A DNA stretch of 59,241 nucleotides, filler included, from Dirinaria sp. TL-2023a (taxonomy: Eukaryota): NCBI GenBank assembly GCA_051941275.1. It is 2 parts of 2 records of this genome, joined end to end, with 100 filler letters (N's around TTAATTAATTAA, not from the genome) between each part and the next. Parts side by side here need not be neighbours in the genome. Positions count along the whole stretch, not along the records: positions 29,701 to 59,241 come from JAVEBF010000114.1; 1 more part is not named here. One strand, given 5' to 3'. A model generated the notes under the pieces. That model was not told the DNA's origin, did not search any database, and saw only the letters and a list, made by a program, of their open reading frames with translations. The translations under genes and the position numbers were made by a program. Positions 36,822-50,298 of the stretch are shown here, piece after piece. Position 1 is the first letter of the stretch; each line of letters starts with the position of its first letter.

Positions 36822-39398
36822 TCATGATCCCTCCCCGAGCCCCACACCCTTCTCTCTCCTCGCCCTTATAACGGCGACCAAACACCTCCCCACTCCGTCT
36901 CCATCCCCCAATAATCCCACATGCCCCTTTTCACTTCTGACCCTTCCGCCCTCGCAAACGGTGTAGCCGCTCGGCACCATCGCGGCCCGCGCCAGCACAA
37001 CGCCGTCTCCGCTCGCAAACTGCAGATCGTCGTACGCATCTGCGTGTTTGATAGCTTCGCGGCAAGCGACGCGGGCGCGGAAGACGGTGGGGATGGACGT
37101 GCTGTAGAGGATTGAAATCGGAGGGTAGGCGTTTAAGGCGGTGTGAGGCGGGTGATGGGCGAGCTGAGATTTAAACAGGGAAACCGAGGCGAGGGTGCGG
37201 GAGAGGTAGGTGAGGGCGGTGGGAAGGGGGATGGTGCATGCTATCGAGGGATTGGTAGGTGGTGGGGAAGCTGTGCCTGTGGTTTCCCCATTGGCTGGTA
37301 AGGGGCGCTTGAGAGGTGCTGGGAGCGAAGGAAGGGAGTTGTAGACGGCATTGAAGATGCCTTTTTTCTCTGCGGGTGGAGCGTAAGGTGGGAGGGTTGG
37401 TGCAACACAGGGTGACAGAGCATGGTTTCGCCAGGATTCAGCTTTGAAGAAATCAACCGGATATTCTTCTTTGGTGATTTTATTGACGAAACAGTGGCCG
37501 TCTTCGGGAAGGAGGAGATAGGATGTTCTGAGCGTGAAGTTGACTTGCGCCGTCAATACTTTAGAGCTTAGAAGAACTTCGTCGCCATTGCGCATTGGTC
37601 CCAAAATGTTGATACAGTGCTGAGGCGTCCCGGCATAGACAACGCCAGCAAACAATTCCGGACGCTGGTTGACTGCGTGCCGAGTGATGAGACCACCAAG
37701 TGAGTGGGCGATGATTACTGCACCCCGTTCTGCTTTAGGAACGCCTTCGGCATTTGACGGTAGCTTGTCAAGAAACTCGATGAATCGCCGGCTGAGGAGG
37801 TGAGGGCTCAGTCTCCAGTCGTAGCCGTAGTCATGAATTCTCAACTCTCCTTCCTGAGCATTAGTGCTGGAGCGAAGACGTTTGAGTAGACGTCGACCCA
37901 TATCTATGGGTCCAATGTGCGAGAGCATCTCCGACCCCACGATGGTTTCGCGCATATTTTCCTCGTCTTCTGGCTGCAAGCCTACTTCAAGGTTCACCTT
38001 GCGAATGTTGAGACCAACCTTGACAGGGACCCAGAGCTGGCGATGAGGTGGTTTTGCGGAGCGCAGTATCGAACCTCGATATCCTCCGAGAATTACGACA
38101 TCACCAGTGAGTGTTTCCAAAGCTCTGTCCAGGTTGGGTTGATTAGACTTTGGCTGTCTTCGTATTCCGTCCTCTTCAATTGACCTTTGCCCATAGTGAT
38201 GCCGCTGATCCATATTACCAATTGCAACACCGCGTAGTGCAGAAGGGCCACCATCGCTATGGCCATCGCCGGTGGTAATTTTTGGATCACTCGTACCTCG
38301 TAGGCGCAGGAACTCTGGTCGGAAATTGTTAAGACTAATGCTCGATAGGGTTGGCAAGCCAGGGAACTTAATATTGGAATCTTGTAAAGTGTCTTTGATT
38401 GCTTGCATTCTGCTGTTGACTTGCTCTTGAACATGCTCCCATCGTGTGTCGTCTCCAAGCCATGACTTGGCCGAAGTCACGCGATGAAGTGTTAGCGATT
38501 GATCGGATGTCGCTCTTCTGAGTAACGGACCCCTAACTTTCTGGGCAGGCTCATGATCCCGGATTGGCTCGAAGGCCTCAATGTTGCTACCGTACTTCTT
38601 ATTGGACGCTTGCATTGACGATTTTGGATTTTCCTTCACTACCTTGTCCTGCTGCTCAGCCACTGGCTCTGTGACTTCTGAGCCATTAGGTACTTGGCTC
38701 GGACTTGATTGGTCAATGCCATTCCAGTGCTGCTGTATTGGCTGTAAAGTACGAGCGCGCTTCTGTCTTGTCCTTTGTGTCTGCGTGCTATCCTTCCCAT
38801 TGAGGACATAAGACACATTTGGCAAGGAGATCTCCTTCCAATTCGGCGCCTTCGGTAACGAAGGCATGTTGAAGCTTGAGACAAATCGCTTGACGTTCAG
38901 ATCTGCAAGCATACTAGCGGGGCCAGATATCAATCCTTTGGGAGCGGACTGCTTGCGTGTTGGCGATTGGTACTTCTCGAAGGCTTTTGGAGACGCAGTC
39001 CACGGTGAAGGCAGTGCTCGCAGCGATTCCTCCGAGTGCCTCCTGCGAGAACCTTGCGGTCCCATGGCGTCAATTGGTCCTCTAGGCCCATTGATGCTTG
39101 ACATTTCTTCCACTAGCGGCTGACTGTCGACAGCACCGTCAAAAAGCCCACCACCGTCCAATGCATCTATTGCAGCAGCTTTCTCCGCAGCTGGTGTCGT
39201 AGGCGACATCAGCCTTGTCTGGGCATGGCTCATGCTGACCCCAATTGTGGACTGGACGTCCTCTTCCGGAAGCAGCCCATCTTCCTGCCCCTCTTCCGGT
39301 GTTGTGTCATGATCTGAAGCGGACAGCAGCTGGACACGTGCCCCTTCGGATGTATCCAATGGTGGCAGAAGCAAGCTTGCTGTCGTTGTGGAGGCCAT
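36822..39398 (-). CDS. Alpha/beta-hydrolase, LCAT/lipase-like (yeast YJR098C-like)
   Basis: VILGGYRGSILR, YGYDWRLS, nucleophile elbow AHSLGG, GDGVV and C-terminal GHVGLL, behind a long disordered N-terminus. Confidence 0.85.
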   Translation of the reverse strand: MASTTTASLLLPPLDTSEGARVQLLSASDHDTTPEEGQEDGLLPEEDVQSTIGVSMSHAQTRLMSPTTPAAEKAAAIDALDGGGLFDGAVDSQPLVEEMSSINGPRGPIDAMGPQGSRRRHSEESLRALPSPWTASPKAFEKYQSPTRKQSAPKGLISGPASMLADLNVKRFVSSFNMPSLPKAPNWKEISLPNVSYVLNGKDSTQTQRTRQKRARTLQPIQQHWNGIDQSSPSQVPNGSEVTEPVAEQQDKVVKENPKSSMQASNKKYGSNIEAFEPIRDHEPAQKVRGPLLRRATSDQSLTLHRVTSAKSWLGDDTRWEHVQEQVNSRMQAIKDTLQDSNIKFPGLPTLSSISLNNFRPEFLRLRGTSDPKITTGDGHSDGGPSALRGVAIGNMDQRHHYGQRSIEEDGIRRQPKSNQPNLDRALETLTGDVVILGGYRGSILRSAKPPHRQLWVPVKVGLNIRKVNLEVGLQPEDEENMRETIVGSEMLSHIGPIDMGRRLLKRLRSSTNAQEGELRIHDYGYDWRLSPHLLSRRFIEFLDKLPSNAEGVPKAERGAVIIAHSLGGLITRHAVNQRPELFAGVVYAGTPQHCINILGPMRNGDEVLLSSKVLTAQVNFTLRTSYLLLPEDGHCFVNKITKEEYPVDFFKAESWRNHALSPCVAPTLPPYAPPAEKKGIFNAVYNSLPSLPAPLKRPLPANGETTGTASPPPTNPSIACTIPLPTALTYLSRTLASVSLFKSQLAHHPPHTALNAYPPISILYSTSIPTVFRARVACREAIKHADAYDDLQFASGDGVVLARAAMVPSGYTVCEGGRVRSEKGHVGLLGDGDGVGRCLVAVIRARREKGVGLGEGS

Positions 39399-40219
39399 TA
39401 TCACCAGTGTAAGCGCTGGGTGAGACAGTCAAGAGATTTTTCCATCAACGGAATTTGCGATCTATCACGGATAGGAGGATGCTGCATAGTCGGATCTTCT
39501 CCAACCCACAGTCCCATCAGATAGTATAGTGGTCATCAGCATAGTGGTTATAAGTATAAGGTAGGAATATGTGTCCTGCAAAGATCAGTAAGCCGATTAC
39601 AATGTAGGCGTGTCGAGTCCCCGAAGGATCCCCGCTGCATACAGCTCGTACAGCCTCACTCACGGCTAATTGCAAATCTGACCTCCAATCCGATTTAATG
39701 AAAATCCGTGCCACCTGGCAGCTCAAGGTTCAATGAAGAAAGCACAATGAAGGGAATGTCTATAGGGTTGATATTCATCTACTCCAGTTCTGGAGAAAAT
39801 GTTGCCAAGGCCGAGAGTAGAAGGCGACGTCATTGTCTGTATGATACTCGTACCGGTTCAGAACTTGAACCAGCATGCGCTAAACGTGTACTGTTTCGGT
39901 AGACAATCTCGCATGAGGTAGGCCGAGAGGGTTTCTGTAACTAGAGGTACTTACGGAGCACATATGTACGTTAAACAATAGCATCAGGTGATTCAGTGGC
40001 AATTGTGATACATCGAGGACTTTCTTGGGCTAAATGCTAGACAACAAATGATCCCTGATTGTGCGGGTATATCTACACCGTATTTTCCCATAATGAACAC
40101 GCTATGCCTACCAGCGCAGCGCTCGATCCTGGACACAAAAGACTTCATCATTGACCATTGCCGCATTACCAGCATGTGGCAATGCCCATTCAAATCTGAA
40201 GCGAAACCTCCCGCAAGGA

Positions 40220-42690
40220 TCATCGGAATTTATGAGCCAAGGGCGAGCTCGGGGGTGGAAAAACCGCTCTCATCGGCTCCCTCACTCTTCCGCCCCTCAC
40301 ATGGGGGGTTTGGCCCGTGCAGTAAACACACAGATAGACTTTGGGTATTTTCTGCGGGTTTAGGCCTACACAGCGGACATGGAGCCATTTCTTGCAGGAC
40401 TCGCTGCTCGCAGCGTTAGTTTCATCTCGGATATCTTCCTTAGGCAGGTAGAGCACTCTTACCATAGGATCATGAGCTCCCCGTCTGAGTCAAGATTGTG
40501 GCACACGCAGCGCGTAGTATTGCTACTGATCGTACTGTCCCGGCCCGTGCTTGGAGTAGCAAGATCAGGGTCTGTAATCGTTGTAGGCGAGATGTTGTGG
40601 AAGACGTCTTGCGAGGGTGTCAGAGCATGTTGTGAGGGGTGGGTATTGCTTCCAAAGACATAGCGATTCGCTGAAGTTGAGGTTGATGCCGATCCATGAA
40701 ATTGTCCGTTGGCCCGACTTCGTGCGCGCATCTTCTTGAGTTCCGATTGTGCATCACCTTTCTCATCCCCAGAGGCTACCGCTATACTAGCGTCGCTGTC
40801 TTGATCACCAGAACCACCAAGCGGTTCATGGATGAAGGTCGTTGTCAGCGCTGGATCAATCAAGTCAGGCTGCGTTGAGGCGTATGACGATTTCTTTGAG
40901 TGGGTGTTGAAATTTGATCCGGATCGACCGAGCTTCTTGTTCTGAGTGTTGCCAAGAGGTCCTGCAAAAGATAAAACCCGGCTCGAAGCCATATGAACTT
41001 CGCTATTGGATGACAAGCTTTCAGTGTCGCCGGAATCGCTCTCTGCATCCATGGCAGACCCTGACACAGGTTCAGCAACGATCTTCGTTTCTGTCTTCGC
41101 TCTGCCATCTGGACCAATAGTCAATGTGACAGTCTGCTTCGAGCGTCTTCTACCAGAGCTAGAACGGTGCGAGCTTCGTCTTCTTGTATGGTTAGAAGAT
41201 CCATGAGCCACATCTTCGAACGTAAGCCGGCTACTGCTTCTACGACCACGGAAGAGCTTAGCGGGTGCGGCATCCTTTGAAGATTTTACCTGCGGACCAC
41301 AGTCTTCTTCTTCACCTCGCAAAGCTTGCAATGCGGCTTTGACAGCTGGTGAATCAGATTGAGGCCCCCGTCTTCTCTTTGGCTTCCTCGTCTCACTGCT
41401 CTCGCGCTCTCTCTCGGCTTCCCGAATCTGGTGAGCGTATGGACGCATGTCCTCATCGCGGTTAGTTCGCTGCGAGATATTCATACTTGTGTGCTCAGGG
41501 GCTTGGTTTGGTGAGCTGAAAAGCAGACTAGGATCCACAACTGTATTTGATAGCTTAGCTACTGAGCCATTTGTGATCAGTCCGGCACTAGACAAATAGT
41601 TTATATCTTGAGCAGCTGATGACGGCATTGAGATTCCCATGGCATTATCGATATCAAATGACGAGGTTGTCATGTGTGAAAGAGCCATGTTATCATTGTT
41701 TGACGCAAATGATTCCACGTGTTTTGAGTTGTCCAGTCCGAAGGATTCCGCGAAGGTATCCGAGGTACCAAAGTCAATATTCATAGCATTTGCTTCTTGT
41801 TGGGGGTCCCAAAAGAGCTTTTGCTGGGGATAAGCAGGAGCAGTTGCAGGCCCGGCCATCGCAAAGCTTCCGAACACTTCAGGCGAGAACTGAATGGTTG
41901 AAAACTGCTGGGGAGAAGCCTCTACAGGCGAAGTCGGTGTGGCATTACTTGGCTCTGGGAATATAGGGGCTGCCTTTCGCCCTCCGTTAGCGGCGGATTC
42001 TTTAACCAGCTTTGCCACTTGAGCTTGCCGAGCCTTTCGCTTCGTAGCCGAAGTACTTGTAGGGGGCGGCGTTTGCATTGAACTCGCCGACCTCATACTT
42101 GATCCTAGCTCCTCTTTATTTCCGGCCTCTTGAGCTGCCTCTTCTTGGGTTGATCTCCTGTTTTGCAAAGAGTTTGGCGAAGAGCTCAGTTGCCTGGAGG
42201 GCTCAACCGGAGGCAGAGGCAGGTTGGAGTTTGGGGACAGGTGGTGAACATGTGTAGCAATTTCCGTTTCGATATCATGCCCAGGGAAAGGTCTCTTGAT
42301 CCCGCGTGTCAAGGTAGGACTCTTCGTAGGCGTCGTGGCAGCCGCGGCTTTTGGGGTCTTCAGAAATTCAAGGCCGGCAACATACGGGTCTCCCGGGCTA
42401 AATCTAGGATCGTAGAAGCTTGACTCGTGCCTTGGTGTTCCAAACGGATCTTTAAAGGTTGCTGATTTTGGGGTTATGCTGGGCGTTGGTGGCCCGCTTG
42501 GATAGCTAAAGCTGTAGGACGTTCATAATTAGCTTAATTCAGAACCTCAGATGCGAGGACATAGGGCGGGGATGAAATATATAGGAAATGTTTAGATAAG
42601 TCATGCTGGTGCTGGGATGGTTGTGAAAGGAGGCGCAATCTAGGCTCTTGAGGCAGATGCATACCTATAGACCGGTTGTTCAAAACTCAT
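40220..42690 (-). CDS. PHD-finger protein with long disordered N-terminus
   Basis: Exons 42690-42665, 42511-40463 and 40403-40220. The C-terminal PHD is CVC...MIL|CESCKKWLHVRCVGL...YLCVYC (C4HC3). Confidence 0.85.
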
Positions 42691-43946
42691 AGCAGGGCTC
42701 GCTTGGTAAATTGATATAAAGCCGTATAGAGTTACCACAGCAAATGGTGTCAAATCACCCGGATGTGGTGTAGCAGTCCGGCACTCGGGTTGTGTGGAGT
42801 ATTCTGAATACGCTCAACGTGGAGCAAGGGCAGAGTGAGGATGTAAAGGGTCGAGGAAGGAAGAAGCTCAAAAGTATCGGGCCTTGCAGCTTAGGCAGGT
42901 AATACGACAGGATTGCTTCGGAAGATCTGAAGGCGACAGGCAGATAAGGAGAGGTCTCGGACGAAAGCCTAGGCCGTAAGATGAGGTCTGGAGGAGTTGG
43001 AAGCCTAATCGGCAGGGTTAGTGGGGTGTTCTGGGGGTTTTGTAGGATATTGAGTCTGTACCAGTGGAACACAGAGTATCAAGCGACAATGGGATCTTTC
43101 CTTCCTATACAGCAGGTTTGTAGTCGGGTAATCGAGCAATGGCTAAGATGCTCTGTCAGCCCAGGGAGCGGAGAATGGAGTGATGGTGAAAATAGCTGAC
43201 TCCTCGGAGCATTCCAGGTCGCTGGCCAGTGCGGGACAGCGTGCAGGAAATTAGGAGCCCCAATTCTTAGGGAACAGCAGTCGACTGGATTAGACTGAAA
43301 GACTCCAAGCGAAAAGCAGCCATGGAGCCATGTTCCTGGAGCAAAAAGCAAGTCCCTTTCGACCCTATTCCCCTGGCGAGGCCGAGTCTAATGCAGGACA
43401 GAGGGGAGGTTGAAAGCTGGGTGGGGAGGTTGCCCAGTGGTGGGCATTAATTGAGTCAGGATGCGGAAAGTTGGTTCTAGCGGCAAATCCTCCCAAGCCA
43501 GCCTCACCACGTACTTTTTGCTTTTCAAACTTACTTTAGGTAAGGCATGATATAGTACGGAGGTAGGGTAAGGTGGCAGTCTACGAGGGGAATCCAGGCA
43601 AGCGAGTCACCTTATGCTGGGGAAGCAGTCTAAAGTAGCAATATTACATGACTTTACTGGAAAGCTCTAAAGCCATGCTATGCTGAATTATGCAGAACAA
43701 CCGCTGTTTTGGCGAGAATCAACACACAGAAAAGCAGTTCCCAGACAAAGATATGCACGTCCGCTACACAGCGTTTATGTACATCATACATGCACTCCTG
43801 GCAAGGCTGTCGAATGAATCGGCAGCCCTGGTGGCCCGGCATATCCATCTTAGGTACTGTATCCTACTTGAGTTTAGGTGCTCCAGGGATTAAGGGATTA
43901 AGGTACCTATTATTGAAGAATGACGCTCGCACTCACTTCGCTCTCG

Positions 43947-43981
43947 TCGCTTGTCGCTCGTCGCTCGTCGCTCGTCGCTCG
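43947..43981. repeat. 7-mer tandem repeat (TCGCTCG) x5
   Basis: tcgcttg followed by four exact tcgctcg units. Confidence 0.9.
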
Positions 43982-44831
43982 GCCATTGAATTTCGGTTTC
44001 AGCTCCCGTCAGCTCCACAGCTTTCATCTCCCTCTGCTGCTCCGGTTCGTCCAGCAGTTTGGCCGAGCCGAAATTCACACGATACGGTAAGGTAAGCCTT
44101 ACTTTACTGTAGATATGCTCGCTTGAGGCCATCACCCCTATCTGCCCCTCCAGCTCCCAAAAGAAAAAAAATAAAAGAAAAGCAAGCACGGACACTAAAA
44201 GGATCCCTCAGCCAGTAGCAGTGACGACACAGCGTCTCGCTCCCGGGTCAGGGATGCTGGCCCTGGCAAGCATCGATTATTGTTTACCGCCAGCTCGGCT
44301 TTGGGGCCTGGCCGCCTGGGGGGAAGGCTATTTCGGGGTGCAGGCCATGCGACAAGGACAGACCACGCCGCCTGCTGCAGGCGCCGGGATAATTGGCGGC
44401 ATTGGGGGAGATTGGGATCGTGCCGATGGGCCGATTCAGATCCCCTGAGATCCCCCTGCCCAGCCTTCACAGCTTCCGCAGATATGATGATATTAAAGTA
44501 TTAATATTATTATTCAATTACTTGATCGAAAAGCAAGTTAAGTACTTACTTGGGGCAGACTGATCACTAAACGAATACTTCATCATTCACTACTGCTCAA
44601 ACTGTCATCTCACCTACTTCGAGGCAAGTCCATTGTAATCGTGCACTTGCCATCTACGACGGGCAGACGCGTGAGAACGTACAGTCTACCAGAAATCCTT
44701 TTTACACAGCTTTTATTTTTTTTTGCACACTCGCCGCAACTCGTGCATGGCAAAGCTTCAGGTCCTACTGACAAAAAGCTGGAGATGCTCGTGGCTTGCC
44801 ATCTAATCCCCACACGAAGGGCTTTTTCTTT

Positions 44832-47259
44832 CTAAGAAAACCCAACCCCCTCGCCTACGGGACAGTTCGGCACGTTTGCCTGCCACGCTAGCTTTGCGTA
44901 CGCGGGCAAGTAACTGTTGGTTGTAAAGTTCTTGGGCAGGTAATACGAGACATCGGCCATCGAATATGTAGCACCAACACTCCGGAGAGCCGGGATGACG
45001 TATTCATCAGCTATAAAGTCTAGGAAGACCAGGTCGACCGTCGCTGGCTCGGAGCCATCGGTAGGAAAGGACGCATTGGCTTGCAAGTCGTTGGGCTGTG
45101 CGTAGTTCGGAATCCTGGAATGGACAGTGTCATCTCCGTCCGTGCCAAAGTCATCTATGACACGGGGCATTAGACAAACGGTATCGCCAGAGACAAATGC
45201 AGAGAGCCATACCTTTGGTGACATATCCGGGAGTGAGCGTTGCGGTCTGACGACGATGCATGCCACGAGTCAATGGCTCAGCTCGCCGCTTGAGCGATTT
45301 ATGATTGTGCTGCCCGATGCCTTCAGGGCAGACTTCGCCAGTCAAATGCGTGAATCCCAGGTCTCTGGCTTCGAGATCTCGTCGTTTCTTCTGGAAAGGG
45401 CCGGCGTTGAGTATGCCCAAGACTTGGCTGGCAAACTTGTAGGGAACATCAGGAATGAATTGAAAGCCGTCCGCAAAGGGGCTGACGATGAAGCTATCGT
45501 CACTGCAGCAGTATTAGCCCGAACGCGATTTCTTCAGTGCATGGCCGTGGCTTACAAAGTGAAAGGCCCTTTGACCAGATCAAACCGGACGCTGCCTGTG
45601 TTGATAATAATTAGTCTTGGAACATCAGCCCTAGACTCGTTGATCACAGTCGCTGCTAATGCAGTTGCTAGCAGGGGAAAGATGTTGCCATCAGCGCCAA
45701 ATGGCTTGCAGTACTGGCAATAAGTCTCTGGAGCACAGCCATACAGAGCAGTCAGGTTGAGCTCTCTTCGATCGCTAGTGATCAAGTCTGTAACCCGTTC
45801 TCCTGAGTGGTAGTCGAATGTGCTGGCTTGAGAGCCCACAGCGTGGTAAGCAAACGTCAGACGATTGAAATCGAGATATCGTCTTTGATAGACAATGCTT
45901 GAAGTTGTGTTTTTGCTTGCTGTAGAGTTGGTAGCTGTGGCATTGAAGGCCGGCTGCGTAGGATTAGGTACTCCTCGTGGTTTCAGGTTGCCGTTAAAGG
46001 TGGATGAATTGATGCCGCTCATCGAGAGCCATCCCACCGTTTCGCAGTACCGCCCAGACTCCAGTCCGGTGGACATTGCATCGTAGACCGCGAAATCACG
46101 GACATGAGTATGTCCTCCAAAGGCTTGAATTGGTATATTTGGCCTTAGCCCCCGAATGGTTTTGTAAATAATACCAAAAGTCGAAGTGCTTGCGGTAGTT
46201 CTGACCGGGTTGTGCCCAATGACTAGGAAGAGATCGATTGGTGCCGGGTAATTGATGGCGTCCAAGAACCAGCTTTCTTTGACAAGGCTCGCTGCCTTGA
46301 TCACTTTAGACACATTGGAGTTTCCTGTGAAATCAAAAAGTACTCCAAAAGCCATGATGCGCAGACCGTGGGCGGTGGTGAAGTACCGATATTTGTTCCC
46401 AATGTATTCGAATTGGCCGGTGCTGTTGTTTAGAATCTGCACATTGCTGGTAAGATACCTCTCCCCATAGATTTTGCTGAACTGGTTGAATGTTTCATAA
46501 GCAATATCGGTGACGTAGAGCTCATGGTTCCCTTATCTAATTAACACATAGCTTAAAGGTTTTTAGATGTGAGATTAGAATACCAATGGTTAACAAATCA
46601 TAGTCGATATTCTCAAACACCACATTGCTAAGCCGGCCATTTGGGCTGGAAGCATCAGATAATCCGTTGCCATCATGTAAATCTCCTGTACCAGCCCGCG
46701 TCAACTATCGAGAGACACGGGTGATGTGAGTTTACAATAGGTAAGGGGCAAGGACTTCTAGTGTCCCGGATTACGTCTCCCAGAAACTTCATGAACTTCA
46801 AGAGAGACTTTATGACGAAAGTAATCCGGTTGTAGATCGCTTCATCGATCAAGACGCAGAACAAATCAACAAGGTCGGAAATGAGATTCCTACCTGTATC
46901 AATCAACAAAAGATCTACTCCGAGGTTGCCTGCTTTGTGCTTCATATGCTGCGTAAAGCTGACGAAATCGCCCCAATCGGCGCCATAGTTTTGTTCTTTG
47001 ATATGACTGCAGCACTGTTAGCTTGACTTTTCAGATCACTTCAGACCGGCAAATGATACCCCTCGAGCCACCCGTGAGTGTCAGTGGTATGGATGAAATT
47101 CAGTTGTCCCCACGCAAGAGGACCCCTAGGACTGGTAGTGGCATTCTGGGCTTGCGGTTGCATCCGTCTCACGTTGCGGACATGGGCTCCATAGCAGTCT
47201 TCGCATGCCAATACGTGTAACACCACGGACAAAAGAGTAAGGAGAACAAATGATTTCAT
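44832..47259 (-). CDS. Secreted calcineurin-like metallophosphoesterase / 5'-nucleotidase-like (yeast YHR202W-like)
   Basis: Signal peptide [18 protein letters not shown] and metal-binding motifs [25 protein letters not shown] and GGHTH. Five GT-AG introns: 47059-47007, 46893-46686, 46583-46532, 45555-45503 and 45212-45155. Confidence 0.92.
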
Positions 47260-47420
47260 GACGTACCAATGAGCGAATAATCGGCCAGGCATTAACGATG
47301 CATTGCGTCCAGAAAAGACTCGCAGGAGAGCTTATATATAGATGGCCATTACATAAGAAAAGGAAGATACAATGAAAAAGCATTTTACGAATCCAGGTAG
47401 CTATGCACCAATCCCAAGCT

Positions 47421-47428
47421 CCACGTGC
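47421..47428 (-). promoter_or_regulatory. Pho4/NUC-1-type site GCACGTGG
   Basis: Matches the high-affinity Pho4 consensus about 165 bp upstream of the phosphoesterase ATG. A TATA-like TATATATA sits at 47333-47340, between the site and the ATG. Confidence 0.55.
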
Positions 47429-47893
47429 CTGGCATAGGGCGGATGGAGTCTTCCGTGACCATTTACTCATGCCATGATCGACCTCCAGCTGTTGACCACC
47501 TTCCGAAAGAAGACAAGCAATCCGCCACCAGAAAGGTGTGAGGTAAGGGGCAAAGTACCCCTGGTCAGCATACCATCATAGAGCATTGCCCTGAGATTAT
47601 CTTGCAATGCAGTTTCTAAGCCCACAAGTAGGATGTAGAATACTGTATGGTCATGTACAGTAGTGGGCAATAATAGAAAGACAGTAGTGACAGACTTGGT
47701 GACTGAGCTGAGCTGATTCTATTGGATGCTGCTCGTCTCGGCCCGACTGTATATCCGGCATATCTGATAAACAACTTTTCGGCCCAGTTTTGGTACCTGC
47801 ATCATCATAAAGGTATTCTAATCGAACCGTACTGATGATAATAAAGTATATATCAAGTCTCCTCCAGCTCCACCTCTGAGCACCATCAGAGCC

Positions 47894-50298
47894 ATGGTGA
47901 AAAGGAAGCTTGGAGCGCTTGAGAAAGTGGATGCTGATCTGTAAGCCAAGTATTCGTGAAAGCGAGTATACTTCTCACCAGCTCCAGGCCCAACCTCCAG
48001 TATAAAATTCGACGGGATCCAAGGTGAGTCGAGCCATCAGCGTAACCGATCTAAGACTCAAGTCTATAGCTCGTACAAGGTAGAATTCGAATCGCAGTAC
48101 GGGCAGTACGATGCACAACGAGCGCTCTTCTTACAGGCGCCCGCATCCGCTACCGACGCTGGTATCGTGTCATTCCGAGATCTCATCGACTTCGTCGCGC
48201 ATCTGGCCGACTGCTATCCCACGATTACAGCTGCTTTTCCCAATCAGCTCGTTGAAATTTTAGAAACGCATCATCAGGACCTTGAGCCCGAGCTAAGGGA
48301 GAAGATTGTAGGAAGCTTAGTGTTGCTGCGCAAGAAAGACATTATCGAAGCATCTAAGTGAGCCCGTAGCATTGATGTGTAGACAAAACCAGAGCTGACA
48401 CTCCATTACACAGGCTGCTGCAGACGCTCTTCCCTATCCTCATCACAACGCCCAGCAAATCGCTTCGCGCGCTCATATACCAGAAAATCATCTCGGATCT
48501 GCGCGCTTCGAGTGCGAAGAACACCAACCACCGCCTCAATCGAACAATACAAACCTTGCTTTATGACCTCATAGTGTCTAATAGAGAATCGCCCAAGGGT
48601 CTCTGGGCTGTCAAAATCACCCGGGAACTATGGAAGCGTCAAGTGTGGATAGACGCTAAGGCGGTAGATGTCATGAAAGAAGCCAGCCTAGCGGATAACG
48701 CCAAGGTAGTTATTGGTGCTGTGGGCTTCTTCCTGGGCGGCGACAAAGAGAGAGAAGAACTTGTGGATGAAAGCAGTGACAACGACACCGTCGATGTTAG
48801 AAAATTGAAACACCAGATCGGAATCAACAAGAAAACCAAGAAGAAAGCCAGAACCATGGAGAACGCTATTGCAACAGTGAAGAGAAAAGAACGAAAAAAG
48901 AAACAGCCCCATCTTCTGAATTTTTCTGCTTTCCACCTATTGCACGACCCACAAGGTTTTGCGGAAACCCTTTTCTCAAAGCATTTGCAGAATAGCAAAT
49001 CAAGCTTGAACCTCGAACAAAAGCTTCTTGTACTCCAATTGGTATCTCGTCTCGTTGGCTTGCACAAGCTTACTGTTTTACCGTTGTACTCGTACTTTCT
49101 GAAGTACTTAACTCCTCGCCAGCCTTCCGTCACTTCTTTCCTAGCTTCCTTGGCTCAAGCTACTCATTCACTTGTCCCTCCGGAGGACATTGAGCCTCTT
49201 ATACAGAAGATCGCGAATGAGTTTGTCTCCGAAGCCGCGGCTGCAGAGGTTGCATCTGCCGGACTCAATGGCATACGTGAGATCTGTGTACGGCAGCCCC
49301 TTGCCATGAATGCTACTCTATTGCAGGACTTGGTCATGTATAAGAAGAGTAAAGACAAAGGTGTAATGATGGCCGCTAAGGGTCTCCTTGGGCTGTATCG
49401 CGAAGTGGGTGCAGACATGTTAAGGAAAAAAGATTTAGGCAAGGAGACAGCTTTAAGCCTGCGAGCGGGTCATCGAAAGGAGCGTCGCTTTGGCGAAGAG
49501 GAAGCTGGCGGTATCGAAGGTCTGGAGCTGCTGGAGAAGTGGAAGGACGACGAGCGACAGAAAAAGCGACTTGAGCTGGGCGTCACCGCTCATGCTACTG
49601 ACGTTGAGCCTGAGTATGACGAGGACAATGATACAGGCTGGGAGGCTGACGATGCTGGTTCTGACGATTCTGGTGGCTGGATCAGTGTTAACGGTGCCAG
49701 CGACATCGAGCTGAGCGGTTCTGATGAGGATAGACCTGTCTTTAAGCGCGTCAAACATCAAGATACTGTATCCGACGAAGGCGAAGACAAGGAAAACGAG
49801 GTCGACAATAGGGTAGATCCTGTGCAAGAAGCTTCGAATCTTGCATCGAAAACAATATTAACTCCAGCTGATCACGCGAAGCTTCGAGAGCTACAGCTCG
49901 AAGCAAGCGTCAACAAGCTTCTCCCTTCGTCTCATCGGAAGAGAATTGCTCAGCAGCAAGCTCAAGTCACTCGACATGCCGATGATCCACTGACTGCAGC
50001 GGAGATCGAAGGACTTGCGTTGTTGTCCAAAAAGACAACTAAGGCAGATAAAGTCGCACGTGCAAAAGAGGGCCAGGTGGAACGGAGCGAGCATAAGAGT
50101 ACTCAGGCGATCAGAAGGTCCAAGAAGGAGGCTCAGGGGAAGAGTTCAACGAACAAGGAGAAAGCAAGACGAAAAAATTTCTTGATGACGTTGGGCAAAG
50201 CGAAGGGCAAGCAAAAGAGGAGCCTAGTGGAAAAGGGAAGGGTGCTAAAAGCACACGCGGACCGCAGTAAGCGAGGAGGCAGAAAAGGAAATCGATAG
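47894..50298 (+). CDS. sda1: Ribosome biogenesis protein Sda1
   Basis: MVKRKLGALEKVDADL|PNLQYKIRRDP, HLLHDPQGFAE, KYLTPRQ..VT, IANEFVSE and STNKEKARRKNFLM. Three short 5' introns. Confidence 0.95.
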
